DNA from: an uncultured Actinomycetota bacterium
GTDB taxonomy: Bacteria; Actinomycetota; Actinomycetes; JAFAQI01
Direction of reading: 5' to 3'
NCBI GenBank assembly: GCA_963770565.1
Contig: CAVYQE010000001.1
Location: 1,024,001 to 1,088,000 of the forward strand
Length of the DNA stretch: 64,000 nt
Positions 16,591-28,694 of this stretch are shown here, piece after piece. Both the position numbers and the translations under genes were made by a program. The notes under the pieces were generated by a model that saw only the letters and a list, made by a program, of their open reading frames with translations, did not search any database and had not been told where the DNA came from. The number at the start of each line of letters is the position of its first letter. Positions within the stretch are counted from its first letter, which is position 1.

Positions 16591-16974
16591 GTGCGCGATG
16601 AGGTTCGGCTGCCGCCACACCCCGCAAGCGTCGGGCGGGCGCGCCGTTTCGTCGTCGACCGGCTGGCCGAACTCGGAGTTGCCGATCCCGCCGCCAATGC
16701 CGCGCTGATCGTCAGCGAACTCGTGACGAACGCCGTGATGCACGCCGGTACGACGATCACCGTGCGCGTCACCGCGGCGGGTGCCGGGGCGCGGGTGGAG
16801 GTCGTGGACGGCAGCCAGGTGCTCCCCGGACTGCGGGTGGTGTCGGTCGGGTCAGGCTCGGGACGCGGGATGTCCCTGGTCGCGCATTTCGCCAGCCAGT
16901 GGGGGGCCGAACGCACCGCCGTCGGCAAGGTCGTCTGGTTCGTCATCGGTGCGGCCGCCGAGGCGACCGGCTAG
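16591..16974 (+). CDS. ATP-binding protein, RsbW-like anti-sigma factor (HATPase_c_2)
   Basis: SVGRARRF, SELVTNAVMH, GRGMSLV…WG…GKVVWF. Confidence 0.85.
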   Translation: MRDEVRLPPHPASVGRARRFVVDRLAELGVADPAANAALIVSELVTNAVMHAGTTITVRVTAAGAGARVEVVDGSQVLPGLRVVSVGSGSGRGMSLVAHFASQWGAERTAVGKVVWFVIGAAAEATG

Positions 16975-16984
16975 ACAGTAGGTC

Positions 16985-18625
16985 GTGGTCTTCGATCGGC
17001 TGAGCACCCTCGCGTCCGATGCGGCGAGTGCGGGCTGGGCGACGGCCAAGGTCGCGGCCCGGGTGGGAATCGGCCCACCGCTTCGCCCGGACCGGTTGTT
17101 CGGGGTGGCGCAGGCCCTACGGCACTGGGGCATGACCCCGGCTGCGGTCTGTGCCGCCAACGCGGTCCGGGACCCCGATCGGCCCGCGGTGATCGACGAC
17201 CGGGAGTCGCTCGGCTGGGCCGAGCTCGACCGACGGAGCAGCATCGTCGCGGCCGCTCTTGCCGAGCAGGGCGTCGGCGTCGGTGCCGCGGTCGGGTTGC
17301 TGGCCCGCAACTCGGCCGACTTCGTCGTCGCCCAGATCGCGGTCAGCAAGCTCGGTGCCGACCTGCTGTACCTGAACACCGGCTTTGCCGGACCGCAGCT
17401 CGCCGATGTCCTGGACCACCAGAACGCGGCCGCCGTCATCGCCGACGACGAGTTCGAGCCGTTGCTCGAGGAGTTCGCGGGCTCGATGCCGCGCCTGACC
17501 GCGTGGGTCCAGGACGGCAGCGCGCCGGCGGGAAGCATCGCCGCCCTCGTGCTGGCCGCCGCGGGCACCGCGACGCCCAACCTGCCGGCACCAGGACAGG
17601 ACGGGCGCCACGTCATCCTGACCAGCGGCACGACCGGGCGGCCGAAAGGGGCGCCGCGCGGTGCGCCCAACCCGCTGGCCGGCGTGATCGCCGCAGTGGC
17701 GCTCCTCGACGCGATTCCCTACCGGGCCAGGCGCACGACGGTGCTCGCCGCCCCGGCGTTCCATGCCTGGGGGCTCGGCAACCTGATCATGGCGTCGTTG
17801 TTGCAGTCGACCGTGGTGATGACGCGACGGTTCGACCCGGTTACAACCCTGGAGCTCGTCGACCGGCACGACGCGCACACGTTGGTCGCCGTACCGGTGA
17901 TGTGCGAGCGGCTGCTCGAGGTCGACCCGCCCGCAGTCGCGCCGTCGCTGCAGGTGGTCGCGGTCTCGGGTTCGGCACTGCCACCGACTCTGGCGACCCG
18001 GTTCATGGATCGGTTCGGTGACGTGCTCTACAACCTGTACGGCTCGACCGAGGTTGCGTTCGTCAGCGTGGCCGGGCCGGCAGACCTGCGCGCCGCGCCG
18101 ACCAGCGCCGGGCGGGTGCTGCGCGGCGTGCACGTGCGGCTGGTCGACCCGGACGGCCACGAGGTCGGCGCCGGCGAGATCGGCCGGGTGTTCGCCGGCA
18201 GTGGCCTGTCGATCGACGGATACACCGGCGATGACGACAAGCCGCGCCTCGACGGGCTCACCGCGACCGGTGACCTCGGGCGGTTCGGCGATGACGGCCG
18301 GCTCTATCTCGAGGGTCGGGACGACGACATGATCATCACCGGCGGGGAGAACGTCGTGCCGGCCGAGATCGAGACCAGCCTTCATCGCCACCCCGACGTT
18401 GCCGAGGTCGCGGTCGTCGGGGTTCCCGACGAGCGGTTCGGCCAGGCCGTGGTCGCGCACGTGGTGCTCCGCCCTGGCGGCTCGGCAACCGAGAGCGATC
18501 TGCGCGCGCACGTGAAGGCGCGGCTCGCGACGTACAAGGTGCCGCGGAACGTGGTCTTTCGCGACCGGATGCCGCGCAACGAGACCGGCAAGATCGTCAA
18601 GAGCGAGCTGAACGACCTGACTTAG
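16985..18625 (+). CDS. Acyl-CoA synthetase (AMP-binding)
   Basis: LTSGTTGRPKG, YGSTE, TGDLG, GRDDDMIITGGENV, TGKI. Confidence 0.92.
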   Translation: MVFDRLSTLASDAASAGWATAKVAARVGIGPPLRPDRLFGVAQALRHWGMTPAAVCAANAVRDPDRPAVIDDRESLGWAELDRRSSIVAAALAEQGVGVGAAVGLLARNSADFVVAQIAVSKLGADLLYLNTGFAGPQLADVLDHQNAAAVIADDEFEPLLEEFAGSMPRLTAWVQDGSAPAGSIAALVLAAAGTATPNLPAPGQDGRHVILTSGTTGRPKGAPRGAPNPLAGVIAAVALLDAIPYRARRTTVLAAPAFHAWGLGNLIMASLLQSTVVMTRRFDPVTTLELVDRHDAHTLVAVPVMCERLLEVDPPAVAPSLQVVAVSGSALPPTLATRFMDRFGDVLYNLYGSTEVAFVSVAGPADLRAAPTSAGRVLRGVHVRLVDPDGHEVGAGEIGRVFAGSGLSIDGYTGDDDKPRLDGLTATGDLGRFGDDGRLYLEGRDDDMIITGGENVVPAEIETSLHRHPDVAEVAVVGVPDERFGQAVVAHVVLRPGGSATESDLRAHVKARLATYKVPRNVVFRDRMPRNETGKIVKSELNDLT

Positions 18626-19194
18626 CGGTGGACCTCGCCGACCAGCGTGACGCCCGCTGCGCTCATCTCGGCAAGTGCGGCCTGAACAGTGTCCGGCGCG
18701 ACCCCGGCGGTGAGGTCGAGCAGGACGGTGGGCGCGAAGCCCTCGCGAGCCGCGTCGATCGCGGTGGCCCGGACGCAGTGGTCCGTCGCGAGCCCGACGA
18801 TGTCGACCCGGTCGACGTCGCGCTCGCGCAGCCAGTCGGCCAGCGTGCTGCCTTCGCCATTGGTGCCCTCGAATCCGCTGTACGCCGCTTCCCACTCGCC
18901 CTTGTCGAACACCGCGTCGAGTCGTTGGGTGTCGAGGTTCGGGTGGAGCTCCGCACCCGCGGTGCCGATCTTGCAGTGCGCCGGCCATGAGTCGACATAG
19001 TCGGGCGTGGATGAGAAGTGCCCGTCCGGGTCGCGGTGCGCGTCGCGGGTCGCGGCGACGACCGGATAGTCGGCCGTGGCGAGCAGCGCACTGATGCCGG
19101 CCGCCACCGCGGCGCCGCCGGGGACCGCGAGCGAGCCACCCTCGCAGAAGTCGTTCTGGACGTCGACGACGAGCAGCGCCTTGACCACGCTCAC
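18622..19194 (-). CDS. pncA: Nicotinamidase/pyrazinamidase
   Basis: VVDVQNDFCEGGSL, HFS…WPAHC, GLATDHCVRATA. Confidence 0.92.
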   Translation of the reverse strand: MSVVKALLVVDVQNDFCEGGSLAVPGGAAVAAGISALLATADYPVVAATRDAHRDPDGHFSSTPDYVDSWPAHCKIGTAGAELHPNLDTQRLDAVFDKGEWEAAYSGFEGTNGEGSTLADWLRERDVDRVDIVGLATDHCVRATAIDAAREGFAPTVLLDLTAGVAPDTVQAALAEMSAAGVTLVGEVHR

Positions 19195-20483
19195 GCCTCC
19201 ACGATCACGGTCTCGATCGCCGGCTCGCCCGCGGACAGCTTCATCGCGTGGGCCGGCAGCTCCGCGACCGAAGCCGCGCATCGCTTGCGGGCGGCGTCGA
19301 GGCCGGCGTCGGCCACGACTTCACCTTCACGCATCGCCGGCACCTGCAGGTCGCGCTCGTCGTCGCGGCGTGACGGGGCGACCTCGGCCCGGATGAGCTC
19401 GGCGATCGCGGTGCCGGCCTGATCGAGTCGGCGGGAGGCGAGCTTGCGGCCGCCGATCGTGGCCTTGCCGAGCGAGCGCTTGGCGACCGGCTGCCAGGTC
19501 CCGTCGTCGGCTTGCCGGGCGACCAGCTTGTAGACGAAGCCAGCGGTCGGGGAGCCGCTGCCGGTCACCAGCGAGGTGCCGACGCCGTACCCGTCGACCG
19601 GGGCGGAGGCCAACCCGGCGATTGCGAACTCGTCGAGGTCGCCGGTGACGACGATCCGGGTCTGCGTGGCGCCGAGCTCGTCCAGCAGCGTCCGGGCGTC
19701 GCGCGCCTGGGTCAGCAGGTCGCCGGAGTCCAGCCGGATCGCGCCGAGCGATGTCCCGGCGACCTCGACCGCGGTGCGAATCCCCTTGCTCACGTCGTAG
19801 GTATCGACGAGCAGGGTGGTGCCGCGGCCGAGTGCGTCGACCTGCGCCTGGAAAGCGGTGCGCTCGTCGCCGTGAATCATCGTGAACGCGTGCGCGGCGG
19901 TGCCGGCGGTCGGGATCGCCCAGCGCTGTCCGGCCGCGAGGTTGGAGCTGGCCGCGAAGCCACCGATATAGGCGGCCCGCGCCGCGGCCACCGCGGCCTG
20001 CTCATGGGTGCGTCGCGACCCCATTTCGATGCACGGCCGGCCGCTCGCCGCGTTCACCATCCGGGCGGCCGCAGTGGCCACCGCGCTGTCATGGTTGAGG
20101 ACCGAGAGCACGAGGGTCTCGAGCAGGACGCATTCGGCGAAGCTGCCCTCCACCATGAGCACCGGCGAGCCCGGGAAGTAGACCTCGCCCTCGGCGTAGC
20201 TGTCGATCGAGCCGGTGAACCGGTAGTCGGCGAGCCAGGTGCGAGTGGCGTGGTCGATGACCTCGTGGGTGGTGAGGAAGTCAAGCGCCTCGTCGTCGAA
20301 ACGGAAGCGGGTGAGCTCATCGAGCAGGCGGCCGAGACCGGCCACGACGGCGTAGCGGCGACGGCCCGGCAGCGACCGGGCGAACACCTCGAAGGCGCAC
20401 CGGCGGTCTGCCTCGCCGCTGCGCAGCGCCGCGTCCACCATCGTCAATTCGTAGTGGTCGGTCAGCAGGGCTGGTGTGCTCAC
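19191..20483 (-). CDS. pncB: Nicotinate phosphoribosyltransferase
   Basis: [44 protein letters not shown]. Confidence 0.93.
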   Translation of the reverse strand: MSTPALLTDHYELTMVDAALRSGEADRRCAFEVFARSLPGRRRYAVVAGLGRLLDELTRFRFDDEALDFLTTHEVIDHATRTWLADYRFTGSIDSYAEGEVYFPGSPVLMVEGSFAECVLLETLVLSVLNHDSAVATAAARMVNAASGRPCIEMGSRRTHEQAAVAAARAAYIGGFAASSNLAAGQRWAIPTAGTAAHAFTMIHGDERTAFQAQVDALGRGTTLLVDTYDVSKGIRTAVEVAGTSLGAIRLDSGDLLTQARDARTLLDELGATQTRIVVTGDLDEFAIAGLASAPVDGYGVGTSLVTGSGSPTAGFVYKLVARQADDGTWQPVAKRSLGKATIGGRKLASRRLDQAGTAIAELIRAEVAPSRRDDERDLQVPAMREGEVVADAGLDAARKRCAASVAELPAHAMKLSAGEPAIETVIVEA

Positions 20484-21472
20484 GCATGAACCTCATCAGG
20501 TGCGGGTATCGGCAGTTCCGGCGGCACCGGCCTGGCCGGCATCCGGAGCAGCATCAGGATCACGCCGGCCACCACCGCGCAGGTCGCGATCGCCGATCGG
20601 ACGGTGAACGCCTCGTTCAGGACGAGCGAGCCGAGGATAACCGCAACGACCGGGTTCACGAACGCGTACGTCGTGACCAGAGACAGCTCGGCGTTGCGCA
20701 GCAGCCAGATGTAGGCGCTGTAGGCGACGATCGAGCCGATCACGGTCAGATAGCCGAAGGCCAGCCAGGCGTGCGCGGTGAGCTGATCGGTATGCAGCTC
20801 GCCGAACTCGCCGGTGCCGGCTGCGACGACCAGGCAGGCAACCCCGCCGCAGAGCATTTCCATGCCGGTCGCGACCAGGGGGCGGCGCGTGGTCGGCGCG
20901 TTGGTCGAGTACACCGTGCCCGACGCCCAGGACACGGCGGCGACGACGGTGATCAGGATGCCGGCCAGGCTCGCCTTGCCGCTGCCGGTGCCCACGACCA
21001 TCGCGGCGACCCCGGTGAAGCCGAGTGCGAGCCCGATCACGTGCCGGGCGCTCATCCGCTCGCGGCCGATCGCCGCCGCGAACAGGGCGGCCCAGATCGG
21101 GATCGTCGCCACGATCACCGCTGCGGTGCCGGACGGCACCTTGCGTTCCGCGACCGTGACCAGCCCGTTGCCACCGAACGGCAGCGCCAGCCCGATCACG
21201 GCCGCCGCGAACCACTGCCGGCGCCCGAGCGGATCGGGGCGCCGGTCCAGCGCCGGACGGCGTACCGCGAATGCCAGCATGATCAGCCCGGCCAGCGTGA
21301 ACCGCACTCCGGCGAGCAGCATCGGCGGCAACCCCTGGCCGTGGCTCGGGTGGACCGCGACCCGGATCGCGAGGTACGTCGAACCCCAGACGAGGTAGAC
21401 GGTGGAGAGCGCCAGCCAGATCCTGGCCGGGCTCGGGTGACGGCCCATGCTGGTTGCAACCGGTGGATTCAC
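20480..21472 (-). CDS. EamA/DMT family transporter
   Basis: [26 protein letters not shown], about 10 TM helices; start is GTG 21472 or ATG 21448. Confidence 0.88.
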   Translation of the reverse strand: MNPPVATSMGRHPSPARIWLALSTVYLVWGSTYLAIRVAVHPSHGQGLPPMLLAGVRFTLAGLIMLAFAVRRPALDRRPDPLGRRQWFAAAVIGLALPFGGNGLVTVAERKVPSGTAAVIVATIPIWAALFAAAIGRERMSARHVIGLALGFTGVAAMVVGTGSGKASLAGILITVVAAVSWASGTVYSTNAPTTRRPLVATGMEMLCGGVACLVVAAGTGEFGELHTDQLTAHAWLAFGYLTVIGSIVAYSAYIWLLRNAELSLVTTYAFVNPVVAVILGSLVLNEAFTVRSAIATCAVVAGVILMLLRMPARPVPPELPIPAPDEVHA

Positions 21473-21520
21473 CGAGGTTGTTCCCTTCCGCCGAGGTCCT
21501 CGCGATGCGACCATTGGGGC

Positions 21521-21811
21521 ATGTCTGCCCCGGCAATCGAGCGGACGACGGGGCCCACGGCCGAGGACGATGTCGACGTCGAGCGGCCGTGGGTGGCGAT
21601 CGTGTGGAACGACCCGATCAACCTGATGAGCTACGTCGCCTGGGTCTTCCAGAAGCTGTTCGGCTACAGCAAGGAGAAGGCCAACCGGCTCATGCTCGAC
21701 GTCCACCACAAGGGGCGCGCCGCGGTGTCCTCCGGTAGCCGGGAGCAGGTCGAGCACGACGTCGAGCGGCTGCACGCTGCCGGACTCTGGGCAACCGTGG
21801 CGCAGGACTGA
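21521..21811 (+). CDS. clpS: ATP-dependent Clp protease adaptor
   Basis: [31 protein letters not shown]. Confidence 0.92.
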   Translation: MSAPAIERTTGPTAEDDVDVERPWVAIVWNDPINLMSYVAWVFQKLFGYSKEKANRLMLDVHHKGRAAVSSGSREQVEHDVERLHAAGLWATVAQD

Positions 21812-21813
21812 GG

Positions 21814-22407
21814 GTGGGCGCGGTCCGCCGTCGCGGCAAGCAGGTCCGGGTCAGCCTTGACGACGAGGAGGTCCGGCTGCTGCTCGAGCTGGTCGAGCAG
21901 GTCTCCGAGCTGCTCGGTGGCGACGATCCATCGGTCCCCGTCGCGGACGACGAGGACGAGACCGAGACCGAGATGTTGGAGCACATGCTCGACTCGTCGG
22001 CGGGGCCGGTGGTCGCCCCCGACGATCCGGTCCTGCGCCGGCTGCTGCCGGACGGCTATCGCAACGACGACGACGCAGCCGGGGAGTTCCGCCGGCTGAC
22101 CGAATCGAGCCTGCGATCGACGAAGCGGGTCGCATTGCAACGGATGATCGACGACCTGTCGAAGCCTTCCGCGCAGCAGAAGGACGGCACCTTCCGGTTC
22201 GACCTCGACGAGACGGCGATCGAAGCCTGGCTGCCGGCGCTGACCGACCTGCGACTGGCGTTCGGCACCCGGATCGGGGTCACCGAGGACATCGACGCCG
22301 AGCGGGCCGAGGTGATGGAAGGGTCGTTGCGCCACGCCGAGCTCGCGGCGTACGACTGGATGTCGTGGCTTCAGGACGCCATCGTCCGTGGCCTCACCGG
22401 CGACTGA
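21814..22407 (+). CDS. DUF2017 family protein
   Basis: DPVLRRLLPDGY…EFRRLTE, WLPALTDLRL; canonical position after clpS. Confidence 0.85.
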   Translation: MGAVRRRGKQVRVSLDDEEVRLLLELVEQVSELLGGDDPSVPVADDEDETETEMLEHMLDSSAGPVVAPDDPVLRRLLPDGYRNDDDAAGEFRRLTESSLRSTKRVALQRMIDDLSKPSAQQKDGTFRFDLDETAIEAWLPALTDLRLAFGTRIGVTEDIDAERAEVMEGSLRHAELAAYDWMSWLQDAIVRGLTGD

Positions 22408-22454
22408 CCCACACGCCACTGCCCTGCTCGCGCCGGACGTCGTACCCTCGGGCC

Positions 22455-22862
22455 GTGCTCCGGATCAGCCAGCAGCTGTACGACGAGATCGTCGCGCATG
22501 CCCGCCGCGACCATCCCGACGAGGCCTGCGGGGTGCTCGCGGGACCGGTCGGCAGCGACCGCCCGGCCCGCTTCGTCCCGATGCTCAACGCCGAGCGGTC
22601 GCCGACCTTCTACCGGTTCGACTCGATGGAGCAGCTGCAGGTGTGGAAGGAGATGGACTCGCGCGACGAGGAGCCGATCGTGATCTACCACTCGCACACC
22701 GCCACCGAAGCCCGCCCGTCGCGTACCGACGTCACCCTGGCCAGCGAGCCGGGTGCGCACTACGTATTGGTGTCGACCCGCGAGCCCGACCAGACCGAGT
22801 TCCGCAGCTTCCGGATCCTCGCGGGGCAGGTCACCGAGGAGCCGGTGGAGATCATCGGTTAG
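22455..22862 (+). CDS. mec: M67/JAMM metallopeptidase (CysO-cysteine peptidase)
   Basis: HARRDHPDEACG, YHSHTATEARPSRTD. Confidence 0.9.
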   Translation: MLRISQQLYDEIVAHARRDHPDEACGVLAGPVGSDRPARFVPMLNAERSPTFYRFDSMEQLQVWKEMDSRDEEPIVIYHSHTATEARPSRTDVTLASEPGAHYVLVSTREPDQTEFRSFRILAGQVTEEPVEIIG

Positions 22863-22901
22863 GGGGCGGAATCCGGGCTCGACCTCGCGCGTTGCGAGGA
22901 T

Positions 22902-23183
22902 ATGGCCATGGCGATCGAAGCACGCATCCCGACGATCCTGCGCACCTACACGGCTGGCGAGAAGGCGGTCGAGGGCAACGGGCAGACGCTGGCCGAGTTC
23001 TTCGTGGACCTCGACTCGCGGCACGCCGGGCTGCGGGATCGGCTGGTCGGCGAGGACGGCTCGCTCAACCGGTTCGTAAACGTCTACCTCAACGACGAGG
23101 ACGTCCGGTTCCTCGGCGGTCCGGAAACCCCGCTGTCGGACGGCGACGTCGTGACGATCCTCCCGGCCGTCGCCGGCGGCTGA
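22902..23183 (+). CDS. cysO: MoaD/ThiS family sulfur carrier
   Basis: IPTILRTYT, RFVNVYLNDEDVRF, C-terminal AVAGG; between mec and cysM. Confidence 0.88.
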   Translation: MAMAIEARIPTILRTYTAGEKAVEGNGQTLAEFFVDLDSRHAGLRDRLVGEDGSLNRFVNVYLNDEDVRFLGGPETPLSDGDVVTILPAVAGG

Positions 23184-24176
<993 letters not shown>

Positions 24177-24202
24177 TGATACCGCCCGCGGTACGCCGCG
24201 CA

Positions 24203-25153
24203 TCACAGTCCAGCCGGCAACGTCGTGGGGCAGTCCCGACAGCGCCGAAATGTACCGGTCCATCCCTGCTGGCGCAGCACCACGCCCTCCTCGATCGCGA
24301 CGTAGCAAGGCCGGTCGACCACGTCGCCCCATCCGTATCGCAGTTGGCGCAGGCCGAGTAGCTCGCTGCGATTGTCCCGCCTCATGTCGCGCCAGACCTC
24401 TCGGGCGCGGTCGTGCCCGAGCCGCCCGTCGAGTTCGATGTGCAGCCGCCATTCCTCGATCAGGATGTCGAGGTACTCGGTCCCGTCGCCACGCCGCGAC
24501 GCCTGGCGTCGTCCGGCCGGAAGACCATGGCGGCGACGCAACCGCGCCTCGCGAACTTCGAGCGGAGACTGCGCCCCCTCGCTCAGATCTGGTAGCGCGT
24601 CGTTGACGACCTTTCGCCAACGAGTCTTCGGGTGGCGCTCGAGGGCGGCGCGAAGTGAGGTGGGCGACGTCAGAGCAGTTCGCAACGCATCGGCGACGAG
24701 CCCGAGGGCGCGGTCCGCGGTCTCCCGGCTCGCAAGCAGGTCGAGCACGGTTCGTTCGATCGTCGTACGCGGAGGGCGGAACACGCGATGGACGTCGTCA
24801 TCGCAGAGGCCTCGTGATCGGTGCACGACTAGTTGAGGTTGTGGGCGGATCGCCCGCTCGAAGGGCACGGTGACGTGGATCAGTGCTGCTGCGCGACAGA
24901 GTTGCCAGAAGCAAGCAGCCGTCTCGTGGCTTAGGACGGCGCCGGTGCCGGCGTACAGAACCGCTGCGTGGTGCATCGTCGCGGCCGGAATTGGCCCGTT
25001 GAAGGTGACATACACCCGTGGCAACGGCGACTGCCAACGACCCGACGCGACCAGCCGGTGAAGCTGGCGATGAGTCAGACCGCTCGCTTTGGCGGCGGCA
25101 AGGGCGATCGCACCACCGGTCCGGGCGCCGAGCGAAGCGGCAAGCGTCTGCAC
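24203..25153 (-). CDS. AbiEi-like N-terminal / DUF559-like C-terminal protein
   Basis: LVASGRWQ…[38 protein letters not shown]…RDMRRDN. Confidence 0.75.
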   Translation of the reverse strand: MQTLAASLGARTGGAIALAAAKASGLTHRQLHRLVASGRWQSPLPRVYVTFNGPIPAATMHHAAVLYAGTGAVLSHETAACFWQLCRAAALIHVTVPFERAIRPQPQLVVHRSRGLCDDDVHRVFRPPRTTIERTVLDLLASRETADRALGLVADALRTALTSPTSLRAALERHPKTRWRKVVNDALPDLSEGAQSPLEVREARLRRRHGLPAGRRQASRRGDGTEYLDILIEEWRLHIELDGRLGHDRAREVWRDMRRDNRSELLGLRQLRYGWGDVVDRPCYVAIEEGVVLRQQGWTGTFRRCRDCPTTLPAGL

Positions 25154-25296
25154 AGCTCCAACGGTCGTCGGCAGGCAGCATCGAGGACAGGCACCCGGCC
25201 AACCTGTGGACTGGCAGTACGTCGTCGCCAACTGTGCAGCGCCCGCCACCGCCGGCGGTACGGTGCGCTGCACGGACCGGATGGGAGAATGGCGGG

Positions 25297-26097
25297 GTGG
25301 ATGCGCCGATCGGGATCTTTGACAGCGGCGTCGGTGGCCTGACCGTTGCCCGTGCCGTCCTCGACCAGCTTCCGGCCGAGTCGATCGTGTACGTCGGCGA
25401 CACCGCGAACGGGCCCTACGGGCCACGCCGGATCGCCGAGGTGAGGGCGCTCGCGCTCGCGGTCCTGGATGACCTGGTCGAGCACCACGGCGTGAAGCTG
25501 CTGGTGATCGCCTGCAACTCGGCGAGCGCGGCGTGCCTGCGCGACGCCCGCGAGCGGTACCCGATCCCGGTGGTGGAGGTGATCCAGCCGGCGGTGCGCC
25601 GGGCGGTTGCCGCGACCCGCAACGGCCGGATCGGCGTCATCGGCACCGCCGCGACGGTGACGAGCAAGGCCTATGACGACGCGTTCGCGGCCGCTCCTCA
25701 GGTGAGCCTGACGAGCGTCGCCTGCCCGCGGTTCGTGGAGTTCGTCGAACGCGGCGACACCAGCAGTGCCGAGCTCCTCACGGTCGCCGAGGACTATCTC
25801 GCGCCGATCATCGCCGCCGAGGTCGACACGCTGGTCCTGGGCTGCACGCACTACCCGTTGCTGACCGGCGTCATCTCCTACGTGGTCGGCGATGACATCA
25901 CGCTGGTGTCCAGTGCCGAGGAGACCGCAAAGGACGTCTACCACGAGCTTGCGAGTACGGCGGGCTTCCGCGACGAGTCGCTCGGGGCCCCCGAGCACCG
26001 ATTTCTCGCGACCGGCGACCCGGAGCCGTTCGCCCGCCTCGGCCGGCGCTTCCTCGGCCCGGAGGTCGGCGAGGTCGCGGCCGCGCTGCCGGCCTGA
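25297..26097 (+). CDS. murI: Glutamate racemase
   Basis: [29 protein letters not shown]. Confidence 0.95.
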   Translation: MDAPIGIFDSGVGGLTVARAVLDQLPAESIVYVGDTANGPYGPRRIAEVRALALAVLDDLVEHHGVKLLVIACNSASAACLRDARERYPIPVVEVIQPAVRRAVAATRNGRIGVIGTAATVTSKAYDDAFAAAPQVSLTSVACPRFVEFVERGDTSSAELLTVAEDYLAPIIAAEVDTLVLGCTHYPLLTGVISYVVGDDITLVSSAEETAKDVYHELASTAGFRDESLGAPEHRFLATGDPEPFARLGRRFLGPEVGEVAAALPA

Positions 26098-26157
26098 CCT
26101 GCAGTCGCAGGGGGTTGGTCGCGCAGGGTGTCGGTCGAGCGCCGTACCCTCGCGTCC

Positions 26158-26892
26158 GTGAGTGACACCGCGACGACCCGACCGGACGGCCGCTCGGCCG
26201 ATCAACTGCGACCGGTCACGATCACCCGGAGCTGGCTCGATCATGCCGAGGGCTCGGTGCTGGTCGAGTTCGGGCGGACCCGCGTGCTGTGCGCCGCCTC
26301 GGTGACTGAGGGGGTGCCGCGCTGGCGCAAGGGGAGCGGGCTGGGCTGGGTGACCGCCGAGTACGCGATGCTGCCCCGCGCCACCCATACCCGCAGCGAC
26401 CGCGAGTCGGTCAAGGGTCGGATCGGCGGGCGGACCCACGAGATCTCGCGGCTGGTCGGCCGGTCGTTGCGGGCGGCGATCGACTACAAGGCGCTCGGTG
26501 AGAACACCATCGTGATCGACTGCGACGTCCTGCAGGCCGACGGTGGCACCCGCACCGCCGCGATCACCGGCGCGTATGTCGCGCTGGCCGACGCGGTGTC
26601 GTGGCTGCGCGGCCGCAACGCCCTCGCCGGTGAGCCGCTCGTCTCCTCGGTTGCGGCGGTGAGCGTCGGCATCGTGGCCGGTCTGGCCTGTCTCGATCTC
26701 TGTTACGACGAGGACGTCGCGGCCGAGACCGACATGAACGTGGTCTGCACTGGCGATGGTCGCTTCGTCGAGGTCCAGGGCACCGCCGAGGGTGCGCCGT
26801 TCGACCGGGCCGAGCTCGACGGCCTGCTCGATCTCGCCGTCAAGGGCTGCGCCGACCTCACCGCGCTGCAGGAAGCGGCGCTCCGCGGGTGA
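26158..26892 (+). CDS. rph: Ribonuclease PH
   Basis: [50 protein letters not shown]. Confidence 0.95.
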   Translation: MSDTATTRPDGRSADQLRPVTITRSWLDHAEGSVLVEFGRTRVLCAASVTEGVPRWRKGSGLGWVTAEYAMLPRATHTRSDRESVKGRIGGRTHEISRLVGRSLRAAIDYKALGENTIVIDCDVLQADGGTRTAAITGAYVALADAVSWLRGRNALAGEPLVSSVAAVSVGIVAGLACLDLCYDEDVAAETDMNVVCTGDGRFVEVQGTAEGAPFDRAELDGLLDLAVKGCADLTALQEAALRG

Positions 26893-27509
26893 CGGTCACG
26901 GTCGTCCTCGCCACCCGCAACCCGGGCAAGATCGAGGAGCTCCGCCGGATCCTGGCGGCGTACGACGTCGACCTGGTCGGCCTCGACGCCTACCCCGACG
27001 TGCCCGACGTCCCGGAGACCGGCGCGACCTTCGCCGAGAACGCGTTGCTCAAGGCCCACGCGGTGAGCGCCGCGACCGGATTGCCGGCAATCGCCGACGA
27101 CAGCGGCCTCGCGGTCGACGCGCTCAACCAGATGCCCGGAGTGCTCTCCGCGCGCTGGTCCGGCCGGCACGGTGACGACGCCGCCAACCTCGCGCTGGTG
27201 CTGGCCCAGATCGCCGACATCCCCGACGATCGCCGCGGCGCGGCTTTCGTCTGTGCGGCCGCGGTCGCGACCCCGGAGGGCCGCGAGGAAGTCGTCGAGG
27301 CCAGGCTCGAAGGCGAGCTCGTGCGCGCGCCGCGCGGCACCAACGGCTTCGGCTACGACCCGATCTTCCGGCCGCACGGACACCAGGTGACCACCGCCGA
27401 GATGGCGCCGGCGGACAAGGACGAGATCAGCCATCGTGGCAAGGCCTTTCGGGCCCTTGCGCCCCGGCTGGCCGAACTGCTGAGCGCGGACGACGGCCTT
27501 GCGGGCTAG
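26889..27509 (+). CDS. rdgB: Non-canonical purine NTP pyrophosphatase
   Basis: [26 protein letters not shown]. Confidence 0.95.
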   Translation: MTVTVVLATRNPGKIEELRRILAAYDVDLVGLDAYPDVPDVPETGATFAENALLKAHAVSAATGLPAIADDSGLAVDALNQMPGVLSARWSGRHGDDAANLALVLAQIADIPDDRRGAAFVCAAAVATPEGREEVVEARLEGELVRAPRGTNGFGYDPIFRPHGHQVTTAEMAPADKDEISHRGKAFRALAPRLAELLSADDGLAG

Positions 27510-28447
27510 TCGCTCAGGTGGGCGCGAAAATACTCGATCGTCTTTTCAAGCCCGTAGCGCCAGGTCGATCTTGGGCTCCCAGCCGAGTACGTCGCGCGCG
27601 AGCGTGATGTCCGGCTGGCGAATCGTCGGATCATCCTCAGGCCGCGCGATGAACGTCAGCTCGCTGGTCGAGCCGCACAGGTCACGCACGATCTTGGCCA
27701 GCTCGAGCATCGACACCTCGTGCGGGTTGCCGATGTTGATCGGGCCGGAGTGGCCGGACCAGAGCATCCGCACCGCACCCTCGACCAGGTCGTCGACGTA
27801 CTGGATCGAGCGGGTCTGGCTGCCGTCGCCGGCCACGGTGATCGGTTCGCCGCGCAGCGCCTGACCGACGAACGCCGGGATCGCGCGGCCGTCATTGAGC
27901 CGCATCCGCGGCCCGTGGGTGTTGAAGATCCGGATGATCGCAGTGTCGACGTCGTGGTAGCGGCGGTACGCCATCGTCATCGCCTCGGCGAACCGCTTGG
28001 CCTCGTCGTACACACCGCGTGGGCCGACCGGGTTGACATGCCCCCAGTACGTCTCGGGCTGCGGGTGCTGCTTGGGGTCGCCGTAGGTTTCTGAGCTCGA
28101 GGCGAGCAGGTAACGCGCACCTTTCTCCTTCGCGAGGCCGAGGGTGTGCAGCGTGCCGATCGAGCCGACCTTGAGGGTCTCGATCGGAAGCTGGAGGTAG
28201 TCGACCGGCGACGCCGGCGAGGCGAAGTGCAGGACGGCGTCGACTCGCCGATGACATGGACGAAGTCGGTAACGTCGGCGCGGATCAGCCGGAAGCCGTC
28301 GCGTTCGACCAGATGAGAGACGTTCGCCGGGGTGCCGGTCAGGAAGTTGTCGAGGCAGATCACCTCGGCGCCGTCGTCCAGCAGCCGCTCGCAGAGGTGG
28401 GATCCGAGGAACCCGGCGCCCCCGGTCACCACAATTCGCTTCATCAT
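27506..28447 (-). CDS. UDP-glucuronate decarboxylase family SDR, apparent frameshifts near 28245 and 27556
   Basis: [13 protein letters not shown]; [35 protein letters not shown]; expected end GLEKTIEYF lies in a shifted frame. Confidence 0.85.
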
Positions 28448-28492
28448 TGTCCCCTGTTGCCCTTCCCACCCGTGCTGAGACGATGGTGGCAC

Positions 28493-28565
28493 GGGGTCGT
28501 AGCCCAACGGCAGAGGCACGTGCCTTAGGAGCACGCCAGTGCGGGTTCGAATCCCGCCGACCCCA
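28493..28565 (+). tRNA. tRNA-Leu (anticodon UAG), short variable loop, no encoded CCA
   Basis: Acceptor GGGGTCG/CGACCCC plus A73; D arm; anticodon stem CGTGC/GCACG with loop CTTAGGA; T arm GCGGG-TTCGAAT-CCCGC. Confidence 0.9.
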
Positions 28566-28694
28566 CGCCGACCGTGCCTGCTCTCTCGCTCCGCATACAG
28601 GAAACACCCCAGACCGGAACTCTTGATCCGCCATCCGGCCGAATCTCGTTGGCCGCCCGAACCCGGCGTTGACCTATGGTGGGATTGACCGCCC

